The notes under the pieces were generated by a model. It had not been told where the DNA came from. It made no database searches and was given only the letters and a program-made list of their open reading frames with translations. Positions 52,340 to 64,000 of a DNA stretch of 64,000 nt are shown here, piece after piece. The DNA comes from Geosiphon pyriformis uo1 (taxonomy: Eukaryota; Fungi; Glomeromycota). How positions within the stretch are numbered: the first letter of the stretch is position 1; every line of letters begins with the position of its first letter. The stretch is taken from contig JAAOMT010000226.1 of assembly GCA_016748015.1 (NCBI GenBank), forward strand, positions 664,604-728,603, written 5' to 3'. Position numbers and translations under genes: made by a program.

Positions 52340-54720
52340 AAATGAGTTAAATAATCAAAACTCTATAAATAAAGATATAATTATTAGTTGTAATTTTACT
52401 TTTATATTAGATTTCTTATCTTTTTTTATTTAATTATAAGTTTTTGTATTAATTATGTCTTTATATCATAAAAAAAAGTTGATATAATTATGAAAATTTA
52501 TGACAAACAACAAAAATTTGGAATTATTCAAAAAAAACTCGAGATGGTAATATTAAACATTATAGTTTCAGATATAAATTTAATAATCATTATAAACCAA
52601 AAAACAAATCAATATTTATAATTATTACAATCATAAATTAAAGTGCCAAAAATATAAATAGCATATTATATAACTACTTTAAAAATATTTACTAAATAAC
52701 TCTTATAACTCTTAATAATATACTAAACTATTTATTATACTAAAATATTAAAAAATATGCTTTAATATATTAAATTTTTTATAAAATAAAAAAATCTATT
52801 AATTATTACTCAAAAAAACTATTAAAAACAAAATTTTTAACAAAATTTATTAATAATTGTAATTTTATAAATACAATATAAAAATTCAAAACTTATCATG
52901 ATAAAATACAAAATATATTTTGTTTGTTTACAATACTTTTTAATTAAAAAACACATAATTTTAAATTGGTTGTAAAATTTAAACTAAATAATAAAAATTG
53001 ACTTACTTATTTATTTTGAATGTTATCAACACAAATTATACTTTAGTTAGAATATTACAATGTTATTTTAAATAATAATATTGTTAAAACAAATTATTAC
53101 CAATTTTTATTTTTATTTTTTTTTATCATGAACAATAATATATAGTTATGCTTTATTATATAAGCTTTTATATTATATAAAACAACTGAATCTTATATAT
53201 AAATTTTATTATATACAAAAAAAGCGACAATGACTAAATTATTAATATTTATATTAATGTAAATTTTACAATAGATGCAATAATTAATCAAATATATAAA
53301 TTAATTTATCTAATTTATTGTATTTTTGAATTAATAAAAATTTGCCAAAAAATCTTAAATTAAAGCTTTATAATTAATATAAAAACTTTATATATAATTT
53401 TTTCTTATATTATAATGGCTTATATAAAAAGAATTTTGATAAATAATAATTAAAACTTATAAAAAAATATAGCAATATTAAAAGCTATCTTATAAAACTT
53501 TTTATTTTAATTAAGAAATATAAACTTGTGTTTTTATATTAAATATATTTACTGTAGAATTTAAACTATTTTTTATATTAAAAATCTTAATAATATTATC
53601 AAACACATATTTACAATAAATAATATTTTGTATAATTTTATTAATATATTAAATTTAAACTTCAATTTAAAGCAGAATAAAATTGTTTTTTAGTACTATA
53701 TTTTATTATTTTGTATAAAAATTATATTAATTCTTTCTTTAATATTAATAAACAAATAAGTATTTTATATCTTGTATTTTATTTGTTAAACATATTAAAA
53801 TGCCACAATATCTATACTTTATTATGAATTAAATACAATTGAATAATATTAATATTTATAATAAAATAAATTAAGTATATATAAAGTTATTTTTAATAAT
53901 CAATTTTAATAACAAAAATTTTAATGTTTAAAATTTTAGTTTTAATATAAAAAATAAATTTATTAAGAATTTGTATAATGTCAAGCAAACTATATTAAAA
54001 TTGATGATTGCTAAAGTTAATAAAAAAACATTTAAGAAGTGTAAAAAATTTATAATATTTAACTAAAGATTTATATTATATAAATAATAATTAATTTAAT
54101 TTTATATTTTTATTTATATATATTTTATATATTTTGTAAAATTATTTGTTACCATTATTTTTAAGTAATAATACATTAAAAGTTGTAGAATTTCACATTT
54201 AAATAATATTCTTACAATAATATACTAATAAATAAAGAAATAAGAATGTTATTACTAAATTTTATTGTTTTATAGATCAAAAAACTATTCAAATAAAATA
54301 TTTTTATCAAATATTTCAACCATATTCAAGATCTTAACATGTGTTTTATATTATATAAAACAGAAAAAACTCAAATATAACGAAATGTGAAAACTTGTAT
54401 AACAGACAACTTAATTTGTTATTGAGAATAAAAATTATATTAAAATAATAATATGATTAAAATAATTTATAAACATAAAAAAACACATACTGTTTCAATA
54501 CAAAATTAAGACCAAGTCTTTACAAATAATAATTAAATTAATAATATTAATAAAAAAAGTAAGTTCAAGCAAGTCAAAAATCTATTAATATCATAATACA
54601 AAAAATGACCAAAACCAAATATTATAAATTAGCAATAGAAGAAAAAGAAAAATCATGCGCAAAATATATTTGTAGCACATGTAATAAATTGGGGACATAA
54701 TAATATAAGATGTTAAAATT
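52340..54720 (+). mobile_element. Hypermutated MULE (FAR1-like) transposase relic
   Basis: FAR1-like N-terminal remnant near 52480-52670 (DIIMKIY.KQQKFGII..K...DGNIKHYSF), SWIM-adjacent IIC.HYF*V..H..V.EFHI near 54140-54230, and terminal zinc knuckle CSTCNKLG(fs)HNNIRC at ~54671-54713, in extremely AT-rich DNA. Confidence 0.65.
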
Positions 54721-56499
54721 ATTAAGTATAATTTATTTAATTTTTTTAATAATTAAATAATCACTAAGTTACCAAAATTTAGATAATTTATAATCTATTC
54801 GATATTTTTTCTAATAAAAACACGGAAATACATATAATTATCAAATTACTATTATTCTTTTATTCAAGAAGTTTTTATGTAATATTGATAAAACATGTGC
54901 AAAATTGGCTTGATAATAATTGTGTTTGTTATAACTCTGAATTTACCATTATTTTGTTTAAAAAGAATATCAATAATGCTATAATATTCATATTTAATGC
55001 CTTTTTTCAATTGCTTATAATTAGCATATAATATATAATAGTTAAATTTTAATAAAATTTCTAATCTTAATTAAGCTATTTTCGAGATTGTTCTATATAA
55101 TAAGCTGTTACATTTACATTCATCTTTAATTATAAATATAATATTTTATTTTTAATTATCAAATAATCTTGTTAACTGTTTTTAACCAATTTATTATTTA
55201 TTATAATATTTATTCTAATTTGGTATTTTTTGAATTTTTTTTTACAAGCTTAAATTGTAAATTATTGTTTTTTAAATCAATTAAAAATTTCGTGAAAAAA
55301 TTTATAAATAACTTAATTATCATTTTTTATTAAATTAGATAAACCAAATAATCAACTAAAAACTTTTTGTTGTGATAATCATGTTTCTATGAATAAATAT
55401 CTTGGTTTTTATTGAAATAATTGTGGCCAATAACAACCATATTAAAATAAGTTGTTGACAAATAAATGTAACAATGAACAAATTCTTTGACAGAACAATC
55501 ATAATTACAATGAAAACTTTTTCATAATTTTATTATTTTCAAAAAGGAACAGAACAAAAAAATGCACACCATAACTAGGAAACACCTAGATTTCAGGTAT
55601 TAAGGCTTCCCTATTATCGTAGTTACATGGTAATTTTTTCCTCAAAATGGTTATTTTTTTGGGTTTTCGGATAGAGCTGGTCTGCAAAGTGGAAGGTTTG
55701 AAACCTGGACTTCCTGTGCCGCATTAAGGTTTGATGATAAAATGTGGATCCACCTGGTGGAAATTGTGGCTGGGATGGTTACGTCACGAACCAGCACATT
55801 TGTTGAGATTCTATTCCTCCAGCCACCATTACAAGGTTTCCACTTCTCTTTATTTCGTTGATAAATTAGCTTCTAACATTCAATAATAGCGCCAAATGGG
55901 ATCCCCAAGGAATACAGTTTTGCTCACTATTATGACCACCGCAAAAATCAAGATCACTTTATCCAGTCATTGCACAAGTAGTCCATGAAACTGCGAAAGA
56001 GTTTGGAAACTTTGATGACGAGAGACCGATAAATACGCAAGCTAGTTGCTGAAGTCTTTTAGGGCAAATTTATTTTGTTACTTCTAGCAAAAGAAGTGAG
56101 AATCTGGTATGGAGCTTCCCATAAGTTTTTGTCTCAGAGAAAACCATATTTCATGACTACGGGAAATATCTGCGCGTTCGTTATGTGCGGAATGTCCACT
56201 GGCAATGATTGTTACAATTAAACTAACAATTATTTTATCTGTTCGAAGAACCATCGCAACCATACCGATTTCAAAGTATTATGGAAAAAATTCAATCAAG
56301 AATTGGCCGAAAGAGAGTTTAAGCTAAAGAGAGGGAACTGCAGCTAATTAAAGTATGGGAGTTATTTTATCGATTACAGCTTTGCCGTTTAACAAAATTT
56401 ACGACTAGCCTTTTATTAATAAGTGAATGCAGCCTAGGTAATCCTAGATACTACCATTGACGAAATCGGAGAAAATGGTGGTATGTATTATTTAGGTTA

Positions 56500-58200
56500 G
56501 CCATTTAAACAACCTGCCAAAGCTTTCAACTTTAGGAAAGCGTACACGCAAAAACCCTGAAGGCGACTATCTCAAAACGCCTTCTACCAGCATAGCCGCA
56601 GCAAAGGTGAATAATAATAGTGACAAGGTTTGTGATAAGGACGGAACAGGGAGTTAAGAATACAGTAAATCCATCTAATTATCTTGATTTACCAGAATTC
56701 GCTAAATTACAAAAGAAAAATGAGATCGAAAACAGTAATACAGAACTGGAGTGGGGTTTGACGCTCCAATACCCAACTGGTTACGTCAAGCATTTCAAGA
56801 ACATCGATCACTGATGGAAGATTTAGCAGAGTCAGCATAAAAGTAAGTATTTATTCAATTTATGTTCTTGGTGTATGTGCATTGAAGTCTTTATTTTTGT
56901 AATACAACAATCGCATGGAGGATAATTGATGTATCTGAGATAAACGATTTCATCTCTCATGAGGAGGTATTGGAAGTCAACGCTATGTTTGCCTCCCGTT
57001 TAAATGGCACCGGGAATGATTGGAGGGCTCTAAAGCCAGCGGGGGAAAGATGTTTAAACGTACTGGGTAAGGTGAGTCTTTGATGTTCCGAACACTATAT
57101 GTTCAGTCTCTGTGATGCTAACTTGTGTTTGCCTTCAGATCGACAATGAAAAGCTTAAAGTAATCTGTGAGATGGTAAGAATTGAAGGAATCCGTGGTGC
57201 TTTACGCGAAGTTTGGACCATGTTGAGGACCTACCAAAATTCACCCGACGACCCGGAATTTTTTGGCAACGAAGACTACCACTCATCAGCAGATTTAGAA
57301 ATTCTTGGGGAGGATTGTCAAGATAAGACGTCGAATATGTTTTTGAACTACTTCGATACATGTACGTTTATCCGGCTGAATATGCGGCGTTTTGCCACAA
57401 ATATCCATGTTTTAAAACCGTCATTCTTGATCACAACTTCGACAGACATAACACCGAGCGATACATTGATGTTTTTTCATGCCTCAATGCCGTCGTTGAA
57501 TAACATTTGTGCGTCTTTTTTTTGTTTATTGTCTTTAATAATTTGTATTTATTTTTGTCGCTGAAACTGAATAGCGAGAAGATGGCGCCTCGCACTAAAC
57601 GAGATCGGCGAGCAATAGCGATAGCAGCAGTTATCGTTTGGACTGGATTTTTACAGTACCGAGGATTTTTTTACCACTAGTGACGTGTCAATTCCGGAAG
57701 CAGAACTCACCTTATGGCCGTAAGGGGAAAGAGCTGGGTCAAAGGCATATGATGAAAGCAAGGTTATCTCGAATACTCTCAAGGTGCAAAAGACATAAGA
57801 GATATGCACACGTCTCTGGTCGAGAGTATTGTCACTGCTGGAGGCTTAAATGCATTTACGAAACTCCTGATCCCTGGATTTTTGTTCTCTATTTTTTCAT
57901 TCGAGTTATTCTGGTCATCTATGTTGGCGCTGGATTCTACGCCTTCATGGAATTAAAAGACTTCAATATTCCAACGAACTACGATGAGCTCTCTGAGATG
58001 TTAATATTACAAGAATAATGTTACAAACTGAGGTAGTGATTCTCACGTCCCGTTTTGTGAAGTGTATCCACTTATGGTATTCTATCATGCATATCACGAT
58101 TTCTTGGTATAAGTAAATGAAGGCACGAGCATAAAAGGAGAATTTGATCTGAAAGAGTCAAGGTGAAGGAGTTTGCGACACCCCAAAAAAGACGACTCAA
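56500..58200 (+). pseudogene. Degraded multi-exon gene of a lineage-expanded hypothetical family (possibly Crinkler/REase-fold-like)
   Basis: Higher GC, GT-AG flanked exon-like pieces (LNVLGK|IDNEKLKV; RLDWIF; GFYAFMELKDFNIPTNYDEL; EFATPQK) that cannot be joined without frameshifts. Family assignment is from recall only. Confidence 0.4.
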
Positions 58201-59784
58201 TCATGTGGGGCTTACCCTTACCCGATGTCTGCTTAATGGAGTAATGCGATCTTGACTTACTTAAATCACCATGTTTCTTCATATAAGTCCCAAGGAAACA
58301 TTTCAAAGGGATCCAAGATGATTTCTTTCTCGAGGAACAACTAGACAACTAGCATATGCATTAACGATGTTGATAATCGGGAAGGAGGATTGACATAGAT
58401 GGAGGCGTGCAACTGATAAACGATCAAAATGTTTATGTAACATGGTGATTATGACGGGCCTAATTTTTCATCTCAAGAAGTTATTATGCTTGATAATTAC
58501 CAGTTACTAGCATAGAATTTACTATTACCGCATGTACATGTACTAAAGGATGTTATTCACGACAACTTTACGGAGCCCAATCTGCGATACAGCTATAGGC
58601 CTAATGATAACTGTTACCAGACACTGATTCCGTCCCTACCGCTCCACGCACGAATTTTCAAACCCGTTTGGGAGGTCAATTAGAAATGACCACCTCGTTG
58701 GCACTATGTAAAATAAATGATTAGCAAAAAAAACCAAGAGACCTCCAGGATTTTTATGTTAAATGAGATGAAAGCAAAATTACTGTAAATGCTTTTACCG
58801 CAGAGAGAGATATAAAGAGAAACGTGGACCTTGAATGATAGGAGGCATAGGAATAGGAGTAGTAACAACCTTAGTCATTGGAATTATTGGCTTACTTATT
58901 ATAATGGAAAAATTTGAAGCAAAGAAATAACGAAAATAAACACTTGGAGCTTAATGCTTCCAGTAACCTTCATTTGTTCACTTTGTCAGGTTTTGTTGTA
59001 GCACGCCCCACATTCTAACTTAATAGTGATTTTGGTGGGACAGATTAATTCTGAAAGGATTAGCGAGATTTCTCGTTAATATGAACCAAAGTAAGTAATG
59101 CACTTATTTTTAATTTACTCTTTAAAACTAGCTTATTTGGGTCTGTTGATCAGTTTATCTTCTATTGTTCTCATGCATGCATGCATGCAGGTTGAACCTC
59201 GGTATCCTTATACAAATATTTCGAAGATGCACAAGTATATCTGATAGAATCCACACATCATAAATGCTTTGTACAGATTCTTGAACTCTAAATCGGATCA
59301 TTTTAAACTCAAGGGCGTAAAACCGTGCTACTTTTGTAATATGCGTTGTTTTACTAAACTGTCTTACTAGGAACCACATTTTCAATATTCTCCTGAATAA
59401 TCTAATTAACCAGCTTTCGCTACTCAACGTGCTAGCAGCTGGCAGTAGTCGAAAGTGACCACCTTGTCGCTTACTCAAATCACCCAACGTGAAATTTTGG
59501 CTGGAAAATTTTCTCAACATAGACTGTATTCATTTGAAATTATACATTCACAATCTAAAATTCCCAAAAGTTATAAACGAATACCACGGATTCTAAATTA
59601 CCGAAAAAGGAAGAAATATTGGGTGAGTTTGTCGCAAACCATGATTATATACAATTCAAATCTTTAATCAACAATTTAACCCCAAAGTTTCCTGAAAATT
59701 TTCTCTATTTTTTTTACTAATTTCCTTGGCTTTCTGACCAGTCAAAAATATTAGACTTTCCGCTGATAAAAACAAAAGTTCACT

Positions 59785-62700
59785 ATGGACCAAATGATGG
59801 CTTTCGAAACAGTATTTGCAATACATAGTTTTGAAGCAGAAAATCCAGATGAAGTGCCCTTTGAAGTGGGTGAGCCCATTATTGTTCTCGAGAAAGACGA
59901 AATGTTTGGAGATGGATGGTGGCAGGTAATTACACTTTTTTTAAGTTTATATATATTAAATATTTAGTATTTCCTTTATTAATCAATGTGATTTTCGTAA
60001 AAAAGGGTCAAAACATCCATGGACAAACTGGACTCTTTCCAATGAACTATACTACTCCTGAGAACCCTCATATCCCATATTTGGAAACCAAAATACATCC
60101 CCAAATGTTAGAACAAGAGGAAGATCATCAAAGATACTCGAATTCCAGTTTTCAATCACCTGAAATATTACCTATCCCATTTGCTGATGGTCATCAAAAT
60201 AATATTTACTTTCGTCCAATCTCTCAGCAGCTTCCATTTGCATCTAAATTGCTATCACCCCCAAGACCAAAATCAAGTGAATGGAATTCTTCACATAAGG
60301 ATAAGTTAAATTATCAAATCAGTAATATAAATGTCCCGAACCACATAAACATCCAAGATTTAATAAGTTCGGGAAACCTAAACGTTAGCGTTTCACGTTC
60401 TTCAAGCAAGAAAAGTACCACCAGCACTGTAAACGATGAAGAGTTGAATGATTTCGAAGGCAGACTGAAGAATATGGTACTTCGACAAGAATCCAGGTTT
60501 CAAAAAGAGATGCAGGAAAACATTCAGAAATCATCAAATGAACATCTTGAAGAAGAATTACAGCTCGAATACTCTCTTGAAAAAACTGAGATGTCTCAAT
60601 CAGAGTTACACAAAGAAAATGAACAAGAAGCATTTACACCTCAAGAGATATACCAATTACAAGCATCTTCTGATCCAAGTTCATCTAATTTCTCGATTAC
60701 AAACGATACAACAAGTAGTGGAGAAAGCAGTAGTCTTACTACAGCTACAAGTAACAGCAGTAAAAGTGGCCAACGTATTGGCAGCGGTATTTATCTTCAG
60801 CGTCGACGTGATCCCCGGGCAAATAATAATTCTACTAAAAGCCTTTTATCTATGAATGGATTAATAGATGTTATTGAGCAACATAAACAATTAAAAGAAA
60901 AAAAGGATCAAAATTCATCTCAAGAGGAAGAAGAAAAGCAAGAGCTGATAGAGGTTCCTCAGAAACAAGAATTAACAGAGCAAAAATCTGATGATGAAAA
61001 AAATCAAGGCGAACTTAGTAGAACAATGAGCACTTCTTCAGCTATTTCCAAATATTCAAACCATGAAAGAAAATCTTTTGCTCCATCAATGATTGATAAT
61101 CACCCGCTAGCTTGGGATGTGGATCAAGTAGGCAGCTGGCTCCATGAACAAGGATTTGAGATATTAATTAGCCAATTTATCGGTGGGATTCTCTGATTTT
61201 TTTCACTACTCTTTTGTTAAACGAAAAAAATCACTAATTGGATTGAACTTCACAGAAAATGACATCACAGGTGATGTCCTTTTAGATCTCGATTTAATCA
61301 CGTTAAAAGAATTAAATATAAAATCTTTGGGAAAGCGATTCAAAATAATGAATGCAATCGCCGAGTTAAAAACTCAATACAACATATTGGATGACCAAAA
61401 GTCACAATATGCCCCCACTGAGGTATCAACCCATTTATTTATTTTCTTTATCGTTGTCAATTTTGAATTAGAGTTCTTGTTCTTATGTAGCTAAACCTAT
61501 TATACCATTTTTCAACAAAAGAATCGTTCCTCATTCGCTAGTACTCATCGTCCCGATTCACAAATATCAACAACGACAATTAATTCAAATCGTCCTACAA
61601 GCTATAGGACAAGTTCCGTATATTCGCAATCTAAAAATAAAAATAATTCTAATCTTATGGGATTCCCAGCTCGAAACTCTATCATAATTGCATCTTCTTC
61701 CTCAAAACATAAAGCATCGAATGGAAAGCTGAACAAAAATGGTGGTAGTCTTAGAGATCAGACATTGAAACAGCAACAAGAGAGACAACATCGTCGCGAA
61801 GCGCAAAAGATTCAAAATGAAGAAGAAAGACAAAGTCATCTGGAAAGAATGAAACAGGATCAAAATGAATTAGAGCAGCCCCATGCGAGAGAACATTTTG
61901 AACAGCAGCAGCTAAATCAACCTTATCAACAACAACAAATTCCTTCACGTCCTCCGAGGCCTCATTCTCCTCAAAATTTAACGACGAACATGTATAATAC
62001 ACCACCAGCTGTATTCAGTAATAACAGCAATGCTATTTTGGAACATGGAGAGTTTACCATGAATAAAAAGACTTATAGCATCATCCCAGATTTACCAAGT
62101 GATGAGGCATTCGAAGTTAAAGATCGATTTACGGATGTGAGCAGTGTATACACTGTAAGATTTCGTTTTTTTATACATTATTTTCTAAAAACCACAAAAT
62201 AAATTAACCTTTGAATTAATTCTATTACCATCTTGTACTCAACTTTTAGAACATTTTTGCGAGTGGTCCTAATAATTCAAAAAATAAAGCTCGTGCAAGA
62301 ATTCTTTCACGACTAGGCTATTTTGCAACAGATGATAAAACATTATCGACAAGCCCTGATTTTCCATCTTTAATGCGTTCTCCATCAACTCGTGGATGGG
62401 ATTTCTTGCTGGTAAGAAAATAAAAAAATTCAAAATCACATGTTTCTAAAACTTATCAACCTAAAATATGATATACAGGAAGAAGAGGAAGATGCAATCA
62501 AAGAGTTGGAAAGAATAGAAATAGAAATGGAATCCCAACGTGATACACGTTCAAGAAATAAAGTTTCCAATTCTCAGGCACTTGTGAAGGTCAACGGGTC
62601 TGCAAGAAAAAGACTTCATGCTGTAGCTCCAGTTCCGCCAAAGAAAAATATTCAGGTAATGCATCCCACATAGATTTCTTTGCAGCCTAGCTCGCTAACT

Positions 62701-63847
62701 TTTTTTTTTTACAAACAAGGATCGGAATAGTGTCTTCGGAAATCAATCAAACTCATCACATGGTCAATACTCACGAGAACTGTACGCATTAAAATCGAGC
62801 TTCAAAAAAATTTAGCATTCAATCCTATCATTCCCTCACTCTTTTCCTCTACAAAATTCTATAGAGGTAATTTCAAACGAGAGCCAGGAGTCCCTCTTAA
62901 AATGAACCCTCCATCAATTTCCCATTCAAATTTTGATGATGGACGTATGTCACGCACCGATGACGAGATTCTTGGATTTATTGGAGTTCCTGATCACGAA
63001 GGATGGTTGAAAAAACAAGGCGAAAAGTACAAGACATGGAAAAATCGTTTCTGTATATTGAAGGGCGTGCATCTATATTATCTCAAAAGCGATAAACTGG
63101 GCAATTTTGTAGGTCAAGAAAAAGCTCAATTTTTGCTTTGGATCAACATTAATTTCAATTTGTAAATACTCAGGGGTCGAAAGATACGGGAATTAGAGGT
63201 AGAATTAACTTGACTGGTTATAAGATAATCCCGGATGAAAACATTTATCCTGGAAAATACGGATTTCGAGCCGTTCACGAAACTGAGCGAGTATACTTCT
63301 TCGCACACGATGATGCCGAGAAAACCAAAGAATGGATGAAAGCCATGATGAAAGCTACTATTACAAGAGATATGACAGGTAAGCTTTAAATTTGAACTTG
63401 GCAGGAAATTAAATATGCTAACCGAATAAATGTTTAATACTCTTATATTTGATTTCAATTTCAGCTCCAGTCATCTCTTCATGCAATATACCCACATTAC
63501 CATTAGCAGCCGCACAAAAACTGAATCCACGCCCATCATTCACACGTCCTTCTTCAGTGAGTTCCGAATACCAGCAAAATGCGGCTCGAACTTTAGGCCC
63601 ATCATCCATGGTTTATTCTCGCAGCTTATCCCCCACTGGCACCACCTATAATCATTCACTACCACCGCCATCACATCAATCAAATATGTCTTTAAACAAT
63701 TATATTTATCAATCAGAAAATCCTAATCTCCCACCCATCGCTGTGACTGATCACAGTGGTTATAATGGTACAATGCTATCATCTCATTCACCACCACATT
63801 CTCACATGGCGCCAACACCAATGGGGTATCACCAAACGTTTGTTTAA
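59785..63847 (+). CDS. BOI1: Boi1/Boi2 (Pob1)-like polarity scaffold: SH3 + SAM + PH domains, multi-exon
   Basis: SH3 (AIHSFEAENPDEVPFEVGE..DGWWQ|GQN..GLFPMNY), SAM (WDVDQVGSWL..FI|ENDITGDVLLDL..LKELNIKSLGKRFKI), PH (GWLKKQGEKYKTWKNRF..YKIIPD..KEWMKAMMKATI); canonical introns at the junctions checked. Confidence 0.88.
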
Positions 63848-64000
63848 TAGTGTTTCAGTTCGCAATTTGTCGTAGTCATCCTGGTAAAACTGGTAATAGC
63901 CAAAATGATTGTCTTTTTCGTATTCACCATCAACCCAAACTAATTTTATAAATAGTATAAAAGCATTAGCAAAAATTTGTGCGATAAAAATTTCTTGTTG

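Noticed and set aside
59916-60005. Hydrophobic N-terminus of the 426-aa ORF as a signal peptide
   Set aside because: It is read-through of BOI intron 1; the SH3 domain splices across it.
1-64000. CRISPR arrays, rRNA/tRNA genes, or endobacterial/HGT DNA
   Set aside because: No repeat-spacer structure or recognisable structural RNA. Genes carry spliceosomal introns, and the intronless DPBB genes have eukaryotic signal peptides and TATA boxes.

Overview
AT-rich, intron-containing fungal DNA; gene and transposon content looks Glomeromycotina/Mucoromycota-like (inference). All gene models were spliced and translated by hand, so boundaries need confirmation. Positions ~1.2-44 kb form a gene-sparse island of secreted and surface proteins: four intronless secreted RlpA-like double-psi beta-barrel (DPBB) paralogs, a secreted S8 subtilisin (PA + fn3-like), two kelch-repeat type-I membrane genes (one a pseudogene), and a frameshifted secreted-protein gene missed by the ORF track. 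Two inverted, highly similar LaeA-like SAM methyltransferase paralogs sit near the island ends. Other content: a PRP4 5' fragment antisense to the kelch pseudogene tail, three Tc1/mariner relics, a hypermutated MULE/FAR1 relic, a hypothetical TM/coiled-coil gene, other degraded genes, many microsatellites, a 20-N gap, and an intact BOI1/2-like SH3-SAM-PH gene. Best candidate for an undescribed system: the DPBB + subtilisin + kelch-TM + acylated methyltransferase cluster. Its functional coherence is a hypothesis only.
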